The notes under the pieces were generated by a model. The model worked only from the letters and a program-made list of their open reading frames with translations. It was not told the DNA's origin and made no database searches. From Phoronis australis (Eukaryota > Animalia > Phoronida): a stretch of DNA of 64,000 bases. Shown here in pieces: positions 62,868 through 64,000 of this stretch (position 1 is its first letter; every line of letters begins with the position of its first letter). Location of the stretch: the NCBI GenBank assembly GCA_002633005.1, contig NMRA01000227.1:8623-72622 (forward strand), read 5' to 3'. The translations under genes and the position numbers were made by a program.

Positions 62868-63369
62868 CAGGGCTTGGAATGACCAATGACAAACAAGCGG
62901 AAATTGTTACGGCCCAAAACATGCGCGCACCCGGCCTTGGAACACGTGATGTGTACCTTTTGCCGACAAAATTCGGGAGGACAAAAAAAACCGACGCTTC
63001 TTCCGAAAGCGTGCATCTGCGTCTTTTTAGTTCATCCATTCACGTCCGCACTCCCACCTCCACGCAGTTTTGGCTGCAGAGTCGTACCATTTGTCAACGC
63101 GGTTTACAATAACACGAGACGCCATTGAAGAATCCACCACACTATCCCAGATGCCCCGGCAATGTTGACAATTTACGTTCCTCCAAAACATAAAGAGCAA
63201 CTTCCGCTTTCAAGGTGAAAGTCGTCAGCAATGCCGCAGTAAGAAACAATTTGCCGCGTAGATTTTATATCAAATCCGATTTTTTTTACGCGGAAATTTA
63301 ATAAAATACGCGGACAGAACATTTGAAAAAAGCAGAAATCCGCGTTTCCGCGGAAAATTCCAAGCCTTG
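62868..63369. mobile_element. Non-autonomous TIR element, 6-bp TSD CTATAG
   Basis: cagggcttggaat ... attccaagccttg flanked by ctatag; shares the terminus gcttggaatgaccaat with 48990 and 51063. Confidence 0.82.
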
Positions 63370-63838
63370 CTATAGGAGCTGCATCGCCTCTGGTCGGGCC
63401 AACAGAGGCGATGGTCATTGGCAATGACATTGCCTATGGACAAGGGTGAGTAGCATTGTCGAACCAAAAGCCACAATTTACAGCAGTTTTGTGTTTGCTA
63501 TGGACGGCTGAAGTGAAGCACCCGTGGAATTTCTAGTCCAGAATGTCATACCTTGTAGTATTCTACATAGTGTATTGGGGACGGTCAGAAGCTGAGGATG
63601 CCTGTGCCTGGGCTGTGCTTCACTTCAGTAGGGAGGACAATCAAAAAGTAGGTCACGGTGCTCCATATCTGCCTCCGTGTAAAACCCAAAATTACCCGAT
63701 TTCAGACTTCAAAGTTAAAGGCGAAGGCAACCTTTTCCCATGTCATTTTGGGCTAAAATAAGGTTGGTTGGCTATCCTAGACATATTTGCCACTTAATTA
63801 TAGCTTTTCGTAATTTTATTAATTACTCGTCCGCTACT

Positions 63839-63851
63839 CCGGAAGTGACGT
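63839..63851 (+). promoter_or_regulatory. Overlapping ETS-CRE-type motif CCGGAAGTGACGT, possible promoter of a gene beyond the window
   Basis: Exact ETS core overlapping a half-CRE in a CpG-containing patch; no transcript evidence. Confidence 0.35.
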
Positions 63852-64000
63852 TTTAGGAGGCAAGCATTTCGCGCCAATTTCTTTTCATATAGTCCGACTG
63901 TGAGAGCTGCCAAGTCAGTCATTGTTCTACCTCGGTTGTGTTAAGTTCCGTCGTCGTTTGCTTTCATTTACTAGTCAGTCAACATGCCACACTGTTGCTG

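Overview
AT-rich, repeat-dense animal (probably marine invertebrate) draft-assembly DNA; no prokaryotic features. Three host genes could be reconstructed by hand from GT-AG junctions: a 3-exon NHL-repeat beta-propeller gene (+, 5605-10897, about 414 aa), a single-coding-exon ankyrin-repeat/SOCS-box gene (+, 22353-23573) and NOC2L (-, 26248-60357, 19 coding exons including a candidate 4-nt microexon, about 757 aa). Mobile DNA includes a decayed Ngaro/DIRS retrotransposon lacking its tyrosine recombinase, a Penelope GIY-YIG fragment with a mutated hammerhead ribozyme, several CA..TG non-autonomous elements with 5- or 6-bp TSDs, and two families of Helentron-type (HINE/DINE-1/CvA-like) elements. 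A frameshifted, intronless zinc-finger+TatD-like ORF lies head-to-head with NOC2L. The most striking signal is that one HINE family carries a co-oriented CTCF-like motif (CCACTAGRKGGCRC) roughly every 140-150 bp, and an unrelated 41-bp minisatellite adds about 17 more, all inside NOC2L introns. One N-gap and three single-N junctions with duplicated flanks are probably assembly or haplotype artefacts.
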